Assembly: GCF_009914755.1 (NCBI RefSeq)
Contig: NC_060927.1
Direction: 5' to 3' (one strand)
Source of the DNA: the human T2T-CHM13v2.0 reference genome, Homo sapiens
DNA: 64,000 nucleotides
The position numbers and the translations under genes were made by a program. Positions 44,749 through 62,614 of the stretch are shown one piece after another. The notes under the pieces are model-generated. The model did not search any database. It was given only the letters and a program-made list of their open reading frames with translations, and had not been told where the DNA came from. Each line of letters opens with the position of its first letter. The first letter of the stretch is position 1.

Positions 44749-45290
44749 CTTTTCCTTCTTAAAGGCTTCCTTCCTAAACACCTTTCATCTCTTTATTTTA
44801 TTCTTTTCCTACACCATGATCTTATGAATACTTAAATTCCCAACTGATTGCTATGTGTATTGAAGCATAATATCACAAAGTACATAAATCAGAAGTGTAT
44901 ATCCATGTAAGTGTACACCCAGATGGAAAAAAGAAGTAATTTTTTTCAGTGACATTATTGCATTGTGACCTCAAGTTCAGAGCAACATTCTGTGCCCCTA
45001 GAATACCGTGATAGCTGCTAAACTAGTCAGGAATTTTTTGTTTTCAGGCATGCAGTGGTGTAATTATAGCTCACTGCAGCCTCGAGCTCCTGGGCTCAAG
45101 TGATCCTCCCAAGTAGCTTGGATTAGAGGTTTAGCCACCACGCCCAGCACTAATCAGGATTTAAATATTAATATTTAAGGTGTATGAAATGTGCAGATAA
45201 TAAAACTGTTTTCCCAGCTTTTTATTAACAAATACTCCCTTCTGAGGCAGTGTTTGAATTACTCAATTAGAGAAATTTTTCTCCCCACAG

Positions 45291-45760
45291 CTCGATGCAT
45301 TCTATTTCTCATCATTTGGCTCATAACTGGAGGAAGGCACCACTTTTGGTTCTTGCCAAATCTGACTGCTGATGTGGGCTTCATTGACTCCTTCAGGCCT
45401 CTGTACACACATGAATACAAAGGACCAAAAGCAGACTTAAAGAAAGATGAGAAGTCTGAAACCAAAAAGCAACAGAAGTCCGACAGTGAGGAAAAGTCAG
45501 ACAGTGAGAAAAAGGAAGATGAGGAGGGGAAAGTAGGACCAGGAAATCATGGAACAGAAGGCTCGGGGGGAGAACGGCATTCAGACACGGACAGTGACAG
45601 GAGGGAAGATGATCGATCCCAGCACAGTAGTGGAAATGGAAATGATTTTGAAATGATAACAAAAGAGGAACTGGAACAGCAAACAGATGGGGATTGTGAA
45701 GAGGATGAGGAAGAGGAAAATGATGGAGAAACACCTAAATCTTCACATGAAAAATCATAA
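45291..45760 (+). CDS. SEC62: SEC62 exon 8 coding part (ARCILFLIIWLITGG...FWFLPNL...NDFEMI...SSHEKS*)
   Basis: Acceptor ctccccacag|CT; TAA at 45758-45760; lies within ORF 45191..45760. Confidence 0.98.
45641..45658 (+). other. SEC62: LC3-interacting region NDFEMI (residues 361-366)
   Basis: AAT GAT TTT GAA ATG ATA fits acidic-[FWY]xx[LIV]; this is the established Sec62 recovER-phagy LIR. Confidence 0.9.
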
Positions 45761-46487
45761 TCTGACTAATTTTGGGACTGAATGAATAAGTACAAGAGGT
45801 TGGATTTTCTATGTTGGCTGATTACCATATTGAACACATGGCATTTGTAGCATTCTTTAAATCTATCTACTGAAATGTATTTGACATTCAAGCAGTTATA
45901 TTCGGTCCTTCATTTTATAGAATATTGGCACTATTATTGGTACAGTTTAAAGCCATTAATATGTTTTATCCATTTGATAATTTTACAGTAAGTAGGTCTC
46001 ATTCATTTTGACAGTTATCAAAGATGTACTTTCCACAGTTAAATTTACATTAATGGCAATTTTTGATAGTTTTATGGCTTTTTACTGTTAGACTAATCAA
46101 AAATAACTTTAAAAGGAACAAAGAAACTCCAACATTTCACATTATGCATAGTTATGTAGCCATTTCACAGTTTCTTTAAGATGTGTAAACTCATTGTCCT
46201 TGATAGTTTTTATTTTTCATTATAAAATTATACCAGGAGATTTCTTTTAAGATTCTGAGTTAGCAGAGTTCAAAACTATTTTGTGGAAACAAGCCAACTA
46301 GTAACAATGCAGCAACACTTCTGGTTTAGCTAAATTATTTTTCCAATGTAGGAAATCCACACTGATTTGTACGTCTGACTGAGAGAAAGATGGTCGTCTC
46401 CAGCAGAGAAAGTGAACAGCATTTGTTGGAAGGTGATGGCTCTCCCTCCTCCCTCCCCATTTCATTGGCGTAACGTAAAGTGTATTC

Positions 46488-46508
46488 TGTACATAATTTA
46501 CAAATAAA
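46488..46508 (+). terminator. Candidate proximal poly(A) signal with adjacent PUM/CFIm element
   Basis: TGTACATA at 46488-46495, AATAAA at 46503-46508, then T-rich downstream sequence. Confidence 0.6.
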
Positions 46509-48362
46509 ACATTTTATTTTAATTGTTACTTATTATTTAGATATTTCTCAACACTTAAATTCATAAAATTAAGACCATGTAAGGGTATGTTTTTAGAGAA
46601 ATGGAAGTTTGAGTAACCCACAGAACATCTGTGATCTTTCTACAGCAGCTTCAGTTTTGTGCCAACATTCCATGTATTTTGAATATGAGCAAAAACTGAT
46701 CTTAAGAGCAGACTTAAAGTAGCTTTGTACGCCTTAATGTTCATTTTGATTTATTTTAAATCTTTACATTCAGAAATGAGATACTGTATTATCAGACCAG
46801 GAGGCATTGCTGTGAAAGATAATTTCCTATTCTAAAATATCAAATTTAAAATAAAGATAATGAAAGAAAACATAAGAGAACTATTGGACTCTAATTGCTT
46901 TGAACTAGTTTTGCAGTTTGACTTTACGTCTTATACATCTTAGTTACAAGTCTTTGGAAACTCTTGTTTACTTATGAGCATAATCATTCCTTGGAGTTAT
47001 ACTAACTAATAATGAATATTAAATGATTTTTCTTCAGTCACAGTGAGAGCATCTTGCTTTGTGGTTGAAATAGGTAGTGTATGTCAGTCTTTGCTTTAGG
47101 CTGTTTCTCATCTAAGTGTTTGAATTAAAGATGTTAAATTTTTCTAATTGTGAAAAATATGTTTTCTGTATCGACACATTTTATTAAACTTGGCTTGATT
47201 GCTTCTTTATAGTAGTCCCTGTAAGTGGACATAAATGTGGCTATTTGATGTTAATGCAACTATGTCAAGGCTGCAATCACTTTAATAGTTTCTTTTTAGC
47301 AAATAAATGTTCATTGATGAAGTGCCTGGGTATTTTCCCGTCCCATTTGCAGAGCTCTACTACTTCATTTCCACAGTAAGCATATATATAATGATCACTT
47401 CTGAGTTTATCACCAGTAACATTGATACCTATTTTGGGGTATAAACATGGTGTTTTTCAGAAATAAAAATTATTTCATTAACCTTTACTATTACTGTGAT
47501 AATACCCAGGCACTCAATATTCATCCTGAAATTTTTTATAATATATGTAATTTGTCTAGTCTTAAAGACATTTGGAGCATGGCCAACAGGAAGGTCAGCT
47601 TCTTACTGATGTGTGTGGATTCTTACAGAATGTTAGTACAAATTTTTATAAATATTTGGTGATCCCTGGGGGGAAATATCATTCTTACTATGGTTAGAAA
47701 GTGAATTAGAAATTTCAGCTCAGTTTCTATTTTACTATTCAAGTTGTGTACTTTAAACAAATATAAAAATCAAAAGGCTGCCTCTATTACAATCCTCAGT
47801 GGAATAGATGGCTATCTTTCTTGGCTAACATTAAATATTCTTGTACCAGAGCATGGAAAATCGTTTATAATTGTTAATAGAATGGCGATTTTTTTTTAAG
47901 AACTTCAGATTTGCTATGCTGCTGTAAGTAGAAAGCATGAAGCTTTTTGATCATGTAGGGCTTATTGTAGAGGGTATCAATTGGCCTAACTAAGCAGGAT
48001 TGAATTTACCAGAGGCTAAGTTCAGATAGTAAGAATAATGCATATGTGATTGTTCTTAAAGTCAATGTATTAAATAAGGTATTTTTCCTTTTCCCTCTTA
48101 CTGGATTTTTCAATTTTCAAACCATATGGCCTAGGTAACTTTAATTGAAATAATATAGATTTAGTTGAATACTATTCAGGAAGTAATAAATTTTAATATA
48201 TCACATTGAAATTATGCAGTGGTGATGAATTTTGGTGTTTCCCCCCTCTTTCTGGTTTTACATCATGAGGATCAGTTAGCTGCTGACAAGAAAAGTCATC
48301 TTGTGTCTTTTGTAAATTGAATTTTTTTTTTAAATCTATTAGGAACTGGAAAACAGCAAGTA

Positions 48363-48893
48363 TGGTTGATTCTCATTATTCAAGGTAGTTACGTTCTATA
48401 AAGTCACTGCGAACACTGAATTAGCAAATATAGAACCTAGGGGAAATACAAGGCTAGATTTCTGCAAGCCACTGGTCACATTTTCATCAAGCAGTCAACA
48501 TGTAAATTTCTGTTGTAAAGACACCTTATTTAATATAATCGATTCATTAACATTGAAGTCATGACCAACAACACTGTAACTCATGCCTGAATGAAGCTTA
48601 TCTGACACATAAGCTTCATAAGGCACACAACAGCCTTTTTACCCTTAGGAACAGCTTTTTGCCCTTAGCACTATGCTTGGGGGCCATTTTAAACAGTGAA
48701 ATCAAAAAAAGAACAGAAATGCAAAAACCATGGCATTAGCGTAAAAAGGACACGTTTATAGTATGAAAGCTGGAACATGGCCTTGTTCAACCTCAGCTCA
48801 GAATATGTGTACAGCAAGTTTTTTGCTGTACCACAAAATTTTAGGTTAGGCAAATTCACAAATACGGAATCCATGAATAACGAGGATCAACTG
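48363..48893 (+). mobile_element. MER82 (TcMar-Tigger) in the 3' UTR
   Basis: TA-flanked TIRs gttgattctcattattca / tgaataacgaggatcaactg; ctataaagtcactgcgaacactgaattagc core. Confidence 0.78.
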
Positions 48894-49199
48894 TACTTAA
48901 CTATATTTTAAAGCTGTGACATTTATCTACCTGGTTTATGGAATAGAATTTATTGCTGAATCATGCTCCAGTATTTGAGTGATGTTTTAAATATCCTATG
49001 TCTGAAAATAATTCCTCCTAATTGTGTGGTAATTTGCTTTTACTGTTTCCACAGTATTTCAGGTCTTTGCTCATTCACTCAGTAATACTGAGCACTTACC
49101 ATGTACCAGAATTTTACTAGGCACAACCATGAATAAAAATACAATTCTCTTGCACCATTAAATAGTGTGTTAAGTGCTACGGCAGCAAATTGCTACATG

Positions 49200-49620
49200 T
49201 GCTGGATATCTCTTGTTTTCCCCTCCAGCTCCACTCTGCTCTTGCCCACAAAGCTGACCCGAATGGACCACAGCAGTGGGCTCCTATGCCTCCTGGCTTC
49301 TGAGTGGGTTTGGCCAAGGAGTGTCCTGGCCAGAGATCAGAGGATGGTAGGGTGCCTATTCTCGGCTCTTCTCCTGGGGTTGGGGGGCTGCCTTAGCAGC
49401 CAAAGGTCACTTCTCCCAAACTCCTTCCCTGCTTTCCAGGTTGCCAGTCCCTGCACTCTTCCTTTCTGGCCAAGGATGATGTCAGTTCTGCTGCTACTAG
49501 CCTGGAGTTGCAGAAGCTACTGTGCTTCCTCTTTGGGTAGCCTATACCTATACTTATCTCCTCATAATATCTTCATGTAAAGAACCATCTGTTTCTTATT
49601 GGAATCAAGACCAATACCAA
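49200..49620. mobile_element. LTR33A-like LTR
   Basis: cccctccagctccactct...cctcctggcttctgagtgggtttggccaa. Confidence 0.5.
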
Positions 49621-50117
49621 GGAGAAATTCCTAGGGAACAAAAATTCCAATGAGGAATTGACCTCTTTGTCAGATCCTTATCACCAAACATTAGAAAAGA
49701 TCTCATAACTTTATACAGCATGTTGTAAGCATTTTGATAACTAAAATCCTGTTCTAGTGAATGTCATGCAGATAACTACACAAGGAGATTAATTTAAATT
49801 TGCCTTCTTTGGCAAGCCCTTAAACCAATGGCTAAAGCAGTTAGTTGTGAGTTTCTGAGTAGGTCCCAATGCGTTTATTTCATTTGTCCAACCTAGCACA
49901 GAGATCCTTTGATACTTTAATTGCATGGCTTTTCCAATCAGACGAAATTTCAGTCTGAGAGAGGACATATTTTCTGAGGTTTATAGTTTTAGGATTGTCC
50001 AAAAGGCCTATGATCTCTTCTTAGCATGACAGAAAGAGGGAAAGATAAGTTAAATTTCAAGGGGGTCATATCATCACACTTTGGTCTTATTTCATTTTCA
50101 ATGATTTCCTAGATCAC

Positions 50118-50875
<758 letters not shown>

Positions 50876-51079
50876 CCTAGCTAATCAGATCCACCAATGT
50901 TTCAAATAGGACTATAACTTATTCAAAGGCCAATGATACTTCGCATAATTCAATTTTAATATTATTCACATTTCATGTCACAAATTTAGTAAGTTACATG
51001 TGTTATGTGATGTTTTGTTTTGATAGATTATATCTTACTCCTAAATAAAAAGTCAAGATTTTTGTAGCAACTTCTATTT

Positions 51080-51386
<307 letters not shown>

Positions 51387-52547
51387 GAAGCATCTTTTAA
51401 ATGGGAGAAGCAAAACAGGATCTTACCAACACTAAGATTATCTTTCAGTCATTCAGCAAACATTTGTGGAGTGATTACTATGTGCTAAGCATTGTGCAAT
51501 CACAAAACTCAAAAAGCTAGTTTAGTAAGAGAGACAAGTATTCATGCAAACAGTGGCAATGGTGTTGTGTAATGTCAAAAGTATCTGTGACGTGCTTATG
51601 AGATCACATAAGTGAATACCCAGCCCAGATTAGGAAGGTCAGGAAAGGCATCCCATAGAAGTATCATGAGCTAGATCTTGAAGAATGAGTGGGTATTAGC
51701 CAAGTAAAGACTAGGGGAATTTTGGGCCACTGCAGCAAGATGTGCAAAAATAAGACAGCAGAGTGAGCATGGCATCCCCTGAAACTGAAACTAGTTAAGG
51801 TGCAGCTGGAAAAGAGAAACGTTTAGAGAGGGATACAGGTGGCAAGTCATTGTTTGACCAGAATCCCTTCCTTTAGAAAATATTCCTTTCCCTTCTGTGG
51901 TGCTCCTCATTCCATTCCACGGTGACTGGCCTCAAGGATGAGCACTCAGTTCACACCAGGCCAATTGAAGTCTTCTCATTTACTCAGGGGTCTTGAATTC
52001 CAAGGACCATGTGGACCTGAAGAAACCAATGGCTATGCTGCCTTCACATGAATGGAGCCTGTCTAGAAATAGAACCAACATGAAAAAAACAGAACCAAGG
52101 GTGGATCAGGAAGACAAGGCCTTAATGCCATCTTTGAACTCCCAGATCTAGCCTGGCCTAAAGCCATCCCTGGGCTTTTCAGTTGCATGAGCCAACAGAT
52201 TCATCATTTTTTCTCAGTTATTTTGAATGAGATTTCTGTCACTGGGAACTGAAAGATGACTGAGTTGCACACAGTAAGTATGAACAGTGACACTAAAATA
52301 CCTTTGGAGCAGATTGACTCAAAGCAGGAGAGTGACACATTCAGATTTGCATCTTAGACTACACTAATCACATAGAAAATGGCATGGCAAGGAGCAAGGC
52401 TTAGATATTTTCTGGATACTTCCAGTATTTCTCAGATTTACACATTCTAACCACAACTCCCCTCTTGTTGTTAAAAACAATTTATTTTCTTATTACGGAA
52501 AAATCAGAAACTTATAAGCAAAAATAACCAGAAAACTCACAAACCTA

Positions 52548-53218
<671 letters not shown>

Positions 53219-54060
53219 CCTACCTTCAGAGACAACTACTGTTAAAACTCATATATATCCTTCTATAGCTCTTATATGTGTAACATGTATGTCTCTGTTC
53301 ACTGAGGTGAGGAGATAGTAAATAAATGGGATCATACCATGTATACTTTATATTAAGAGTATTCAGAAATTAACGATCTGGAAAAAGAACATGTTGTGTG
53401 GAACCAAAGACACCATTTTTTCAGAAGAACAAATTATTGACCAGCTTATGATTTTAAATTGTATTTCTGCTCACCAACTTCAAGCTTCAGATTGTGAAGT
53501 TATCCTTAGACTAAGTATATAGTAAATGCATGTTACAAAGTATTTCACATTACAGTGTTTTTAATGATCAACATTCGAGGGGATTAGAAGGAAGAATTTA
53601 TTATTAACTTGCCATATCCTCAAATACATACACCTTTAACAATTATGGCACTTTGCACTGCAAAGAAAAAAATAAAGGGCAGTAACAAGTAAATTAGTAC
53701 ACAACAAGGCTCTTGAAAACAAGAGCAGTAACTGCAGAAACTGGTCTGTACTTACAGAGTCTGGACAATATCTGACAGACTGCACAGCTATAAAGAGTGG
53801 TTGGATACTATATAAAGCAAAGCAAGTTGCATCTCTATCCCATCTTTCTAGTTGCATATACTCCACAGGGTTCAATTACAAAATTGAAACCCTATTCTTA
53901 ATAACTTTTTTTCTTATTGTCCTTTAATAAAAGAACCATCAGAATTCTCCACTTTTCAATCGCATATGCTGTCTTCTATCTCACCTTCCATCCCACCCCT
54001 AATTTAGTCTCCTTCCAAAGGACTGATTGCAAATTTCACTACTTAACAAACAACATATGC

Positions 54061-54360
<300 letters not shown>

Positions 54361-55219
54361 TCAGATGTCTCGTGCTTCCCTCTGCCTCCACCCAAAGTTT
54401 CTTATTAACAGTATTGGTGGGAGCATGACATGTTTGTTTGAACAGTTCCATCAATGCCAAGCCACGATTATACACGGATAATGTTCCTATAGAAGGGAAC
54501 CAACTCCTGGAAAATGAGCTCGAATGTTCAGCCCCATTGCCACCTCACATTCTTTATTCCCCACCACACAGATTGAGAGGGATGCGGTGACCAGACAGAG
54601 GAATGCCATTGAGACTCCCAGCACAGACCGTAGACTGCTTTTCTCAGGAGGCAATGGCAGTTCTCTGCAATACTCAGAAGGCAAGTCACCTGAAGAATCT
54701 TAAAACTGGAGACCTGCTGCACAATCCTTTTCTTTCTTCATTCAGCCAACATTTACTGAGCCTCGACTATATGCTGAACAATAATATAAATGAGGAACCC
54801 ACAGTCCCGGCTCAGAATCCGGGGAAGGAGCAAGGAAACCAGCGGCTGCCTGCACATGCACACGTTGCCGGAGGAGATCCATCTTCTGCCCTAAAAGCTA
54901 CAATCTCCGCCATCGGAAAGCTTCCAGCCTGGTAGGGTTATGATAAGGCAAACAAACAAACAAACAGACACAAACAAAGTGCTGCAGGCTTTGAGAAAGA
55001 AGTTAGATGGTGAAGGATTGCGGAGGCAAAAAGAGGCGAGCGATCAGAGAGCTCTTACTCCACAAGGGAGGATTTTACAGCAGCCATCACTCCTTAGTCT
55101 CTGTTTCCTTTTTATCACCGACACAAATGCTTCTGAGAACTTGGAATACTGCCCACCAGGAGTTTACAAATCCAAGTGAAAACTAACCACTAACTGACGG
55201 AGTAGAAAGGAAAGGAACA

Positions 55220-55520
55220 GGCCGGGCGCGAAAGCTCATGCCCATAATCCCAGCACTTTGGGAGGCAGAGGCGTGCGGATCATCTGCTCTCAGGAGTTTG
55301 AGACCAGCCTGGCCAACATGGTGAAACTCCGTCTCTACTAAAAATACAAAAATCAGCCGGGCGTGGTGGTGGGAGCCTGTAATCCCAGCTACTCAGGAGG
55401 CTGAGGCAGGAGAATCGCTTGAACCCAGAAGGCAGAGGTTGCAGTGAGCTGAGATCGCGGCCACTGCACTCCATCCTGGGCAAAGGAGCGAGACTCTGTC
55501 TCAAAAAAAAAAAAAGGGAA
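55220..55520 (+). mobile_element. AluS
   Basis: Full-length Alu with A tail. Confidence 0.9.
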
Positions 55521-56134
55521 AAAGAAAAAGGAACAAAAGAATAACTCCTTGGGCCTCTGGTATAGAGGCTTCCAGCACAAAGTCACAATATGTGGGACAA
55601 TATCAAATAAGCATTCCATTTATCACTAAAATATCTTGTGTTTACCATAAAGTGAAACCTGCTTAAAATAAAATCCATCAGGATGCTCATTTTGTTCACC
55701 CTACCCCCACTTGCCACATTACAAAGAGGAAGCAACAAGACATTGTTCAATGCTGCTGAGAACAATTTCATTTCCTTCCTGTTCACTATCTTTTTTGATA
55801 CAACATGTAATTATGGGAATTTTTAAGAATTTTCAACAAATGTCTTCTATAAAACTTAGTCCCTTCTGTAGCAACATACGATCCCCCTGCAAATCAAGGT
55901 AGCTAGGAATTGTGCAGTGAAAGAGAGTGGTTTGCTTTAATGTTGTGTGCAACTAACTTCCTGTTGCCTTTTAATGTTCTGCTGCTAGTACAGCATAATT
56001 GGATAACTAATAACAAATACACGTGGTGCTGATTTTGTTTCATTAAAACATTTACAGAAGCTCAAAGTTAAGCATCTGAAACACCTGATTGATTTTTGTT
56101 TTTCACTACAATCTTTTTATGGCATAACATATGC

Positions 56135-56470
56135 ACAGCTAATGTTTTAAAATAAAATGTAATATACCTAAAGAAAAGTGTACAAATCATAAGTATATGG
56201 TTCAATGAATTATCACAAAGTGGACACACCCATGTAACCATTGGACCAAGCGGCAGAACATCAGCTCCTAGAACCCCCACTCCCAGACCCGGGGGAACCC
56301 TCTCAGCCACCTGACTCCTCGCCTCCCACAATGTACACTTTTAACACTATGGGTTCGTTTTGCCTGTGTTTGAACTTCATGTAAATGGAATCATATTATG
56401 GAGTCTTTTGTGTTGGACTTTTCAATATTGTGAGATCCATAATGTATATAGGAGCAGTTCCTTCATGATC
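56135..56470 (-). mobile_element. Old L1M 3' fragment
   Basis: aaagtgtacaaatcataag, ttttgcctgtgtttgaacttcatgtaaatggaatcata. Confidence 0.65.
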
Positions 56471-57254
56471 CTTGTACAGATTACTAATGACACCCCAGAT
56501 GGGAGAATGACCCACAACTGATGATTATGAGGTTTCCCACACAGTGAGACTCCAAGTACAACTCCATTTCTTCAACTCCCCATTCTAACATTGATGAACA
56601 GAGCCTCCATTGTCTGCTGAGGACATGCTACTGGTTAGAATAATAATTTCCAGAGAACTCTTCTAACCATTGTAACTCAGTCCCTGCTAAGAATGTTGCT
56701 GTTCACTTCACTGTGAATCCGCTAGTGAATGCTGAGCACCTCCTGTGTGAGTCCTCCTGTGAGTGCCACAGGGAAAACAGTCCCAGCCAGGAAGCAGCTC
56801 ATATAATTCAAGGACATGATCTGATTAAGATGATAAGAGAGGTATGAGTTGCCTTGGGAATTTTAAAGTCAGAGGAAATCACTTCATTTGAGGGATCAGA
56901 AACAGGCCTTTGAGGACCAGTGGGATCGACAGGCTAATCTGTGGGCACACCTCAGGCCAAGGTTATATCCTGAGTAAAAACAAACAAGCAAACCAAAAGA
57001 GACAATGGGGCATTTTGTGGAAAATATGAAGGGTCCTGAGTGGCTTAATCATAGGGAATATTGGGGGTTGAGTCTAGAAACCCAAGTAAGGATCATATTG
57101 TAGGAGACCTTAAATGTCAAGGCGAGGAAGAAATTTACTCTGGTGGCTTTTTTCACTGGTTTCTGCCCTGCTGACCTCCCTTTCCAACAACTAACTTTTG
57201 TCCGCCTTGCTTCTCTCTTAGGTGCCTTTCTCTCTCCCTTCGCTCCTTGTTTTT

Positions 57255-57472
57255 GTTTTAATTATTATTATTATACTTTAAGTTCTAGGGTACACGTGCA
57301 CAACGTGCAGGTTTGTTACATAGGTATACATGTGCCATGTTGGTTTGCTGCACCCATCAACTTGTCACTTACATTAGGTATTTCTCCTAATGCTATCTCT
57401 CCCCCAGCCCCGCCAACCCCTGACAGGCCCCAGTGTGTGATGTTCCCTGCCCTGTGTCCAAGCATTCTCATA
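57255..57472 (-). mobile_element. L1PA 3' terminal fragment, heavily 5'-truncated
   Basis: ttattatactttaagttctagggtaca...tgtgtgatgttccc; TSD tcgctccttgttttt at about 57240 and 57473. Confidence 0.9.
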
Positions 57473-57887
57473 TCGCTCCTTGTTTTTTTTAATAATTCTT
57501 ATTTTCCACTTCAATTTAACCCACTGCAAGCTGGTTCCTGTACCCAACTTCTGAAATTACTCCTGCTGAGATCTCTGTACATCTCAGAGTTCTTGGTTGC
57601 AAAGAACTGAACCAGCTCTGGCTAGAGGAAGCAGAAATGGGATTTTCTAGGGAAGGGTGCAAATGGCTCCCAAGATTGAAAGGGAGGCTGGAAAAGAAAG
57701 CTTAGAAAACAGGAAGGAACCAGGAAATATCCGACAGCCCAGGACCAGCCACCAGAACAAGCTACTTAGGTCTTCATTGCTGTTGCATCCTCTCGCTGCA
57801 CCTCTGCCTTGACTGGTCTGACTGCCCCAACTCTTTGCATCACTCTTCCAAGAGTCAAAGTCCTCCATGGCAGCATCCACTGGTTGA

Positions 57888-58253
<366 letters not shown>

Positions 58254-58437
58254 ACCTCTCAGATTCTTAGTGAGAGGCAGAGTCCCCCAAATAGTGAAAT
58301 ATTTGAATGAGTACAAACTCACCCAACTGCTGAGCCAAATAACCTCTTTTCAGCCTTTATCCCACTTTATCCCTGCATCGTTCCTCACCATCAGCATCCA
58401 AACCTTCACCTCTCACCTTCTTAAAATTATCTCTTCC

Positions 58438-58745
58438 AAGCTTGGTGTGGTGGATCCCACCTGTAATCCCAACACTTTGAGAGGCTGAAGCAGGAGAATT
58501 GCTTGAGCCCAGGACTTCAAGACCAGCCTGGGCAACATAGTGAGACCCCCCTCTCTCCCAAAAATAATTTTAAAATTAGCCTGGCATGGTGACATACACC
58601 TGTAGTCTCAGCTACTTCAGGAGGCTAAGGCAGAGGATAGCTTGAGCTCAGGAGGTCAAGGTTGCAGTGAGCCATGATCCTGCCACTGCACTCCAGTCTG
58701 AGTGACAAAGGGAGACCCTGTCTCAGAATAATAATAAAATAAAAT
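58438..58745 (+). mobile_element. AluJ
   Basis: Full-length Alu. Confidence 0.87.
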
Positions 58746-60307
58746 TCTTTCTTCCTTCAGCATCCAGGACATGGCTTTTTTCCTGGTTCTTTTTTTTTTT
58801 TTTACTTCTGGCCACTCCTTCTTCTCTATTTGCTCTTGAAACTTTGAGTCTCCAAAACTCCTTCCTTGGTCCATGCTCATTTGAAACACCCCCTTGGGTA
58901 ATTACATTCATTTCCTTGGCTTCAAATGTGACCCTCAATCTTTTGCTCCAACCTGGACTTTCACTATGAGTCTCAGTCCCATGGGCACCTCAATATTAAC
59001 ATGTCCAAATGGAACTTTAATGGAACTTTAATCTCCATCCCTGCAGGCCTGCTCCCCTTTCTGACCCTAAGTCACAGCTGACCCAGCTAAAAATTCAGTC
59101 ATCCTGAGTCCCCACGCATGTATATTAGTCACCAAATTCTCTTCACTCTACCTCAAAATTATCCTTTACTTACTAAAGTATGTTAAAAGTCTCTTGACTC
59201 TACCATCTTGCTTCTCAATTAGCTTAGACCTTTATGATCTCAGGAGGAGAGTGGTAGTAGGAGGGGTTGAGATGGGGTGGATGCAGGAATAACTAAGAAG
59301 ATAAAGGATGCAAAGGTGGATTGTGGAGAGGGAGAGGACAGAATTTAGGGTGATCCCAGGTTTCTGGCCTAAGCAACTAGATGGACCAAAAGAAAACTGT
59401 GAGACTTTAGAAGAGCATCTAGTTTGGTAGTTCAGTGTTGAATATGTTATGTTAAAATGGGACAACCAGATGCAAATGTCCAGCAGGCCACTGATATATA
59501 TAATAATGTGAAGGTGGGAGAAAGAACAGAATTAGAGCCTCCAGTTGTGGAGTCATCAGATCAACCATCAGCTGGTGGATAAAATCATGAAAGTGGTTGA
59601 TATTAGCAAGAAGGCCAAATAGAGAGGGAAGACTCTTGAGTCAAGGTTGGATCGTGGAGACATCATCATTTCAGAGCAGAGATAGAGAAGCACATCAGGA
59701 GACTGGAGGAAAAACTCCGAGAGGTAAAAGCTAAGCAGGGAAAGCAGTGAGACCAGCCAATGGAGAAAGAGTCAAGAATGAAGCTACTAACAGTGGAGTC
59801 AAATGCAGCAGGGATTGCATTGGGCTTTGCGATATGGAGGTCAGTTTAGTGCTTGCAAGAGCAGTTTCATCAGAGGCTGGGGAAGAGCCAGACAGCAGCA
59901 AGGTCGAGAGTGAATGAACAGGAAGTGGTGAGATGTGAGCGCAACCTTTCAAAATGCCTGGCTGAGAAGGGAAAGAGTAACAATGTAAGTAACTAGAAGG
60001 ACAGCAGGATTAAAAGAGCCCCTTTTCTCAAGGGTAGGAATGACTTGAACTTGTTCGTGGTGATATTGAAAACCTGAATGCACACAAGAAGGAGAAGCTG
60101 GGGAGAGAAACTGAAGACACATGGAAAAAATGGACTGTGTTTGACTGATGGAACTGAGGCCAGAAGAGGTAGACTGAGAAAATCAAGAGTCCTATGTGGG
60201 AACTTGCCAGCGTCTGCATTTCAGAGGTCTTCAAGAGCTTCTTCTTTCTCTTTTCTTTCTATTTTAAAAGTTTAATGTTTTTTATTATATTCACGATTCA
60301 AAAATAA

Positions 60308-61059
<752 letters not shown>

Positions 61060-61324
61060 TAAATATAGGTTCTTATTTTTACTCCCTTCCTTTCCCACTC
61101 CTTTTTTAATCCAAAGACACATATTAAATCCCCTTTCTGTAAGTTACTTTTTGTCACTTAACACTATGTCTTGGAGAATCTTCCCACATCATTACATGGA
61201 GAGCTGCATGCTTACAAGCATTTTTCTAATGCTGGCGTCATAAATGCCTGAAGTTTATTATACATGTCTTTTCATTTCACCTGCTTGAACTGCATGCTAT
61301 TTAATACCACAGTATTCCGGCATT

Positions 61325-61630
<306 letters not shown>

Positions 61631-62298
61631 GCATTCCATTTTTTGAGTGCAGCAGGGTTGACAATAATTTTCTTGAAACATTGACCAGTTCAGGTCTTGT
61701 CTGATTCCAAATTAGCTACATGAATAACAAAGATGTAAACAAACATCAAAGATGATCACTCCACACGAGCAGGCAGGTGCTGTCACATCTCAGGACAAAT
61801 GCCCTGTTTGGAGGTAGAATGGAGAAAGTGTAAAGGGAACTGTCTTTGGGTTAACAGCAGGAAATCAGCAGAACTTCAAAGCTGATAATAATCAGAAGCT
61901 TGGGAACTTGAAGGACTGTTCCCAAGATGGAACAGCAGATTCAGGTTTAGGCAACAGGAGAATGTCACTATCAGCTAAAAGCAACTGGAAAAGTGGATCT
62001 CCAGAAGTGGAGAGCTGAGGGAAAATCAGAACAAATGTCTCAAATCTCTCTCACCCCCTTTAATTTTCAAAAACTATAAATTAAAACAATAAGATGACTT
62101 GAAGTGACTGCCTTGAAATCTAATAAGCAGATGTATTAGCTGCCTTTCCAGAAATGTTTGGGTGGAAAAAAAATTATTTGAATCGAATTTTGTGCTTTGA
62201 ATAAATTTAAAGGATTACACATCAATTTTAGCCTTTGTAAAAACAATACTGTGTAACAAATCACTCACAATTCAGTGGCTTTTTAAAAATCCAAGCTC

Positions 62299-62600
62299 GG
62301 CCGGGCACGGTGGCTCACGCCTGTTATCCCAGCACTTTGGGAGGCCAAGGCGGGCAGATCAGTTGAGGTCAGGAATTCAAGACCAGCCTATCCAACACGG
62401 TGAAAACCCATCTCTACTAAAAATACAAAAATTAGCCGGGCATGGTGGTACATGCCTGTAATCTCAGCTACTTGGGAGGCTGAGGCGGAAGAATTGCTTG
62501 AACCTGGGAGGCGGAGCTTGGAGTGAGCCGAGATCTTGCCACCGCACTCCCGTCTGGGCAACAGAGCGAGACTCCGTCTCAAAAATAAAAATAAAAACTA
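62299..62600 (+). mobile_element. AluS
   Basis: Full-length Alu. Confidence 0.9.
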
Positions 62601-62614
62601 AAAACCCAACCTAA

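Noticed and set aside
45191-45290. N-terminal extension of ORF 45191..45760
   Set aside because: Intron 7 sequence that happens to be open; the exon begins at the acceptor at 45291.
47549-47559. AATTTGTCTAG, identical to the U7 snRNA Sm site
   Set aside because: No flanking U7 homology or 3' stem-loop; chance match in AT-rich UTR.
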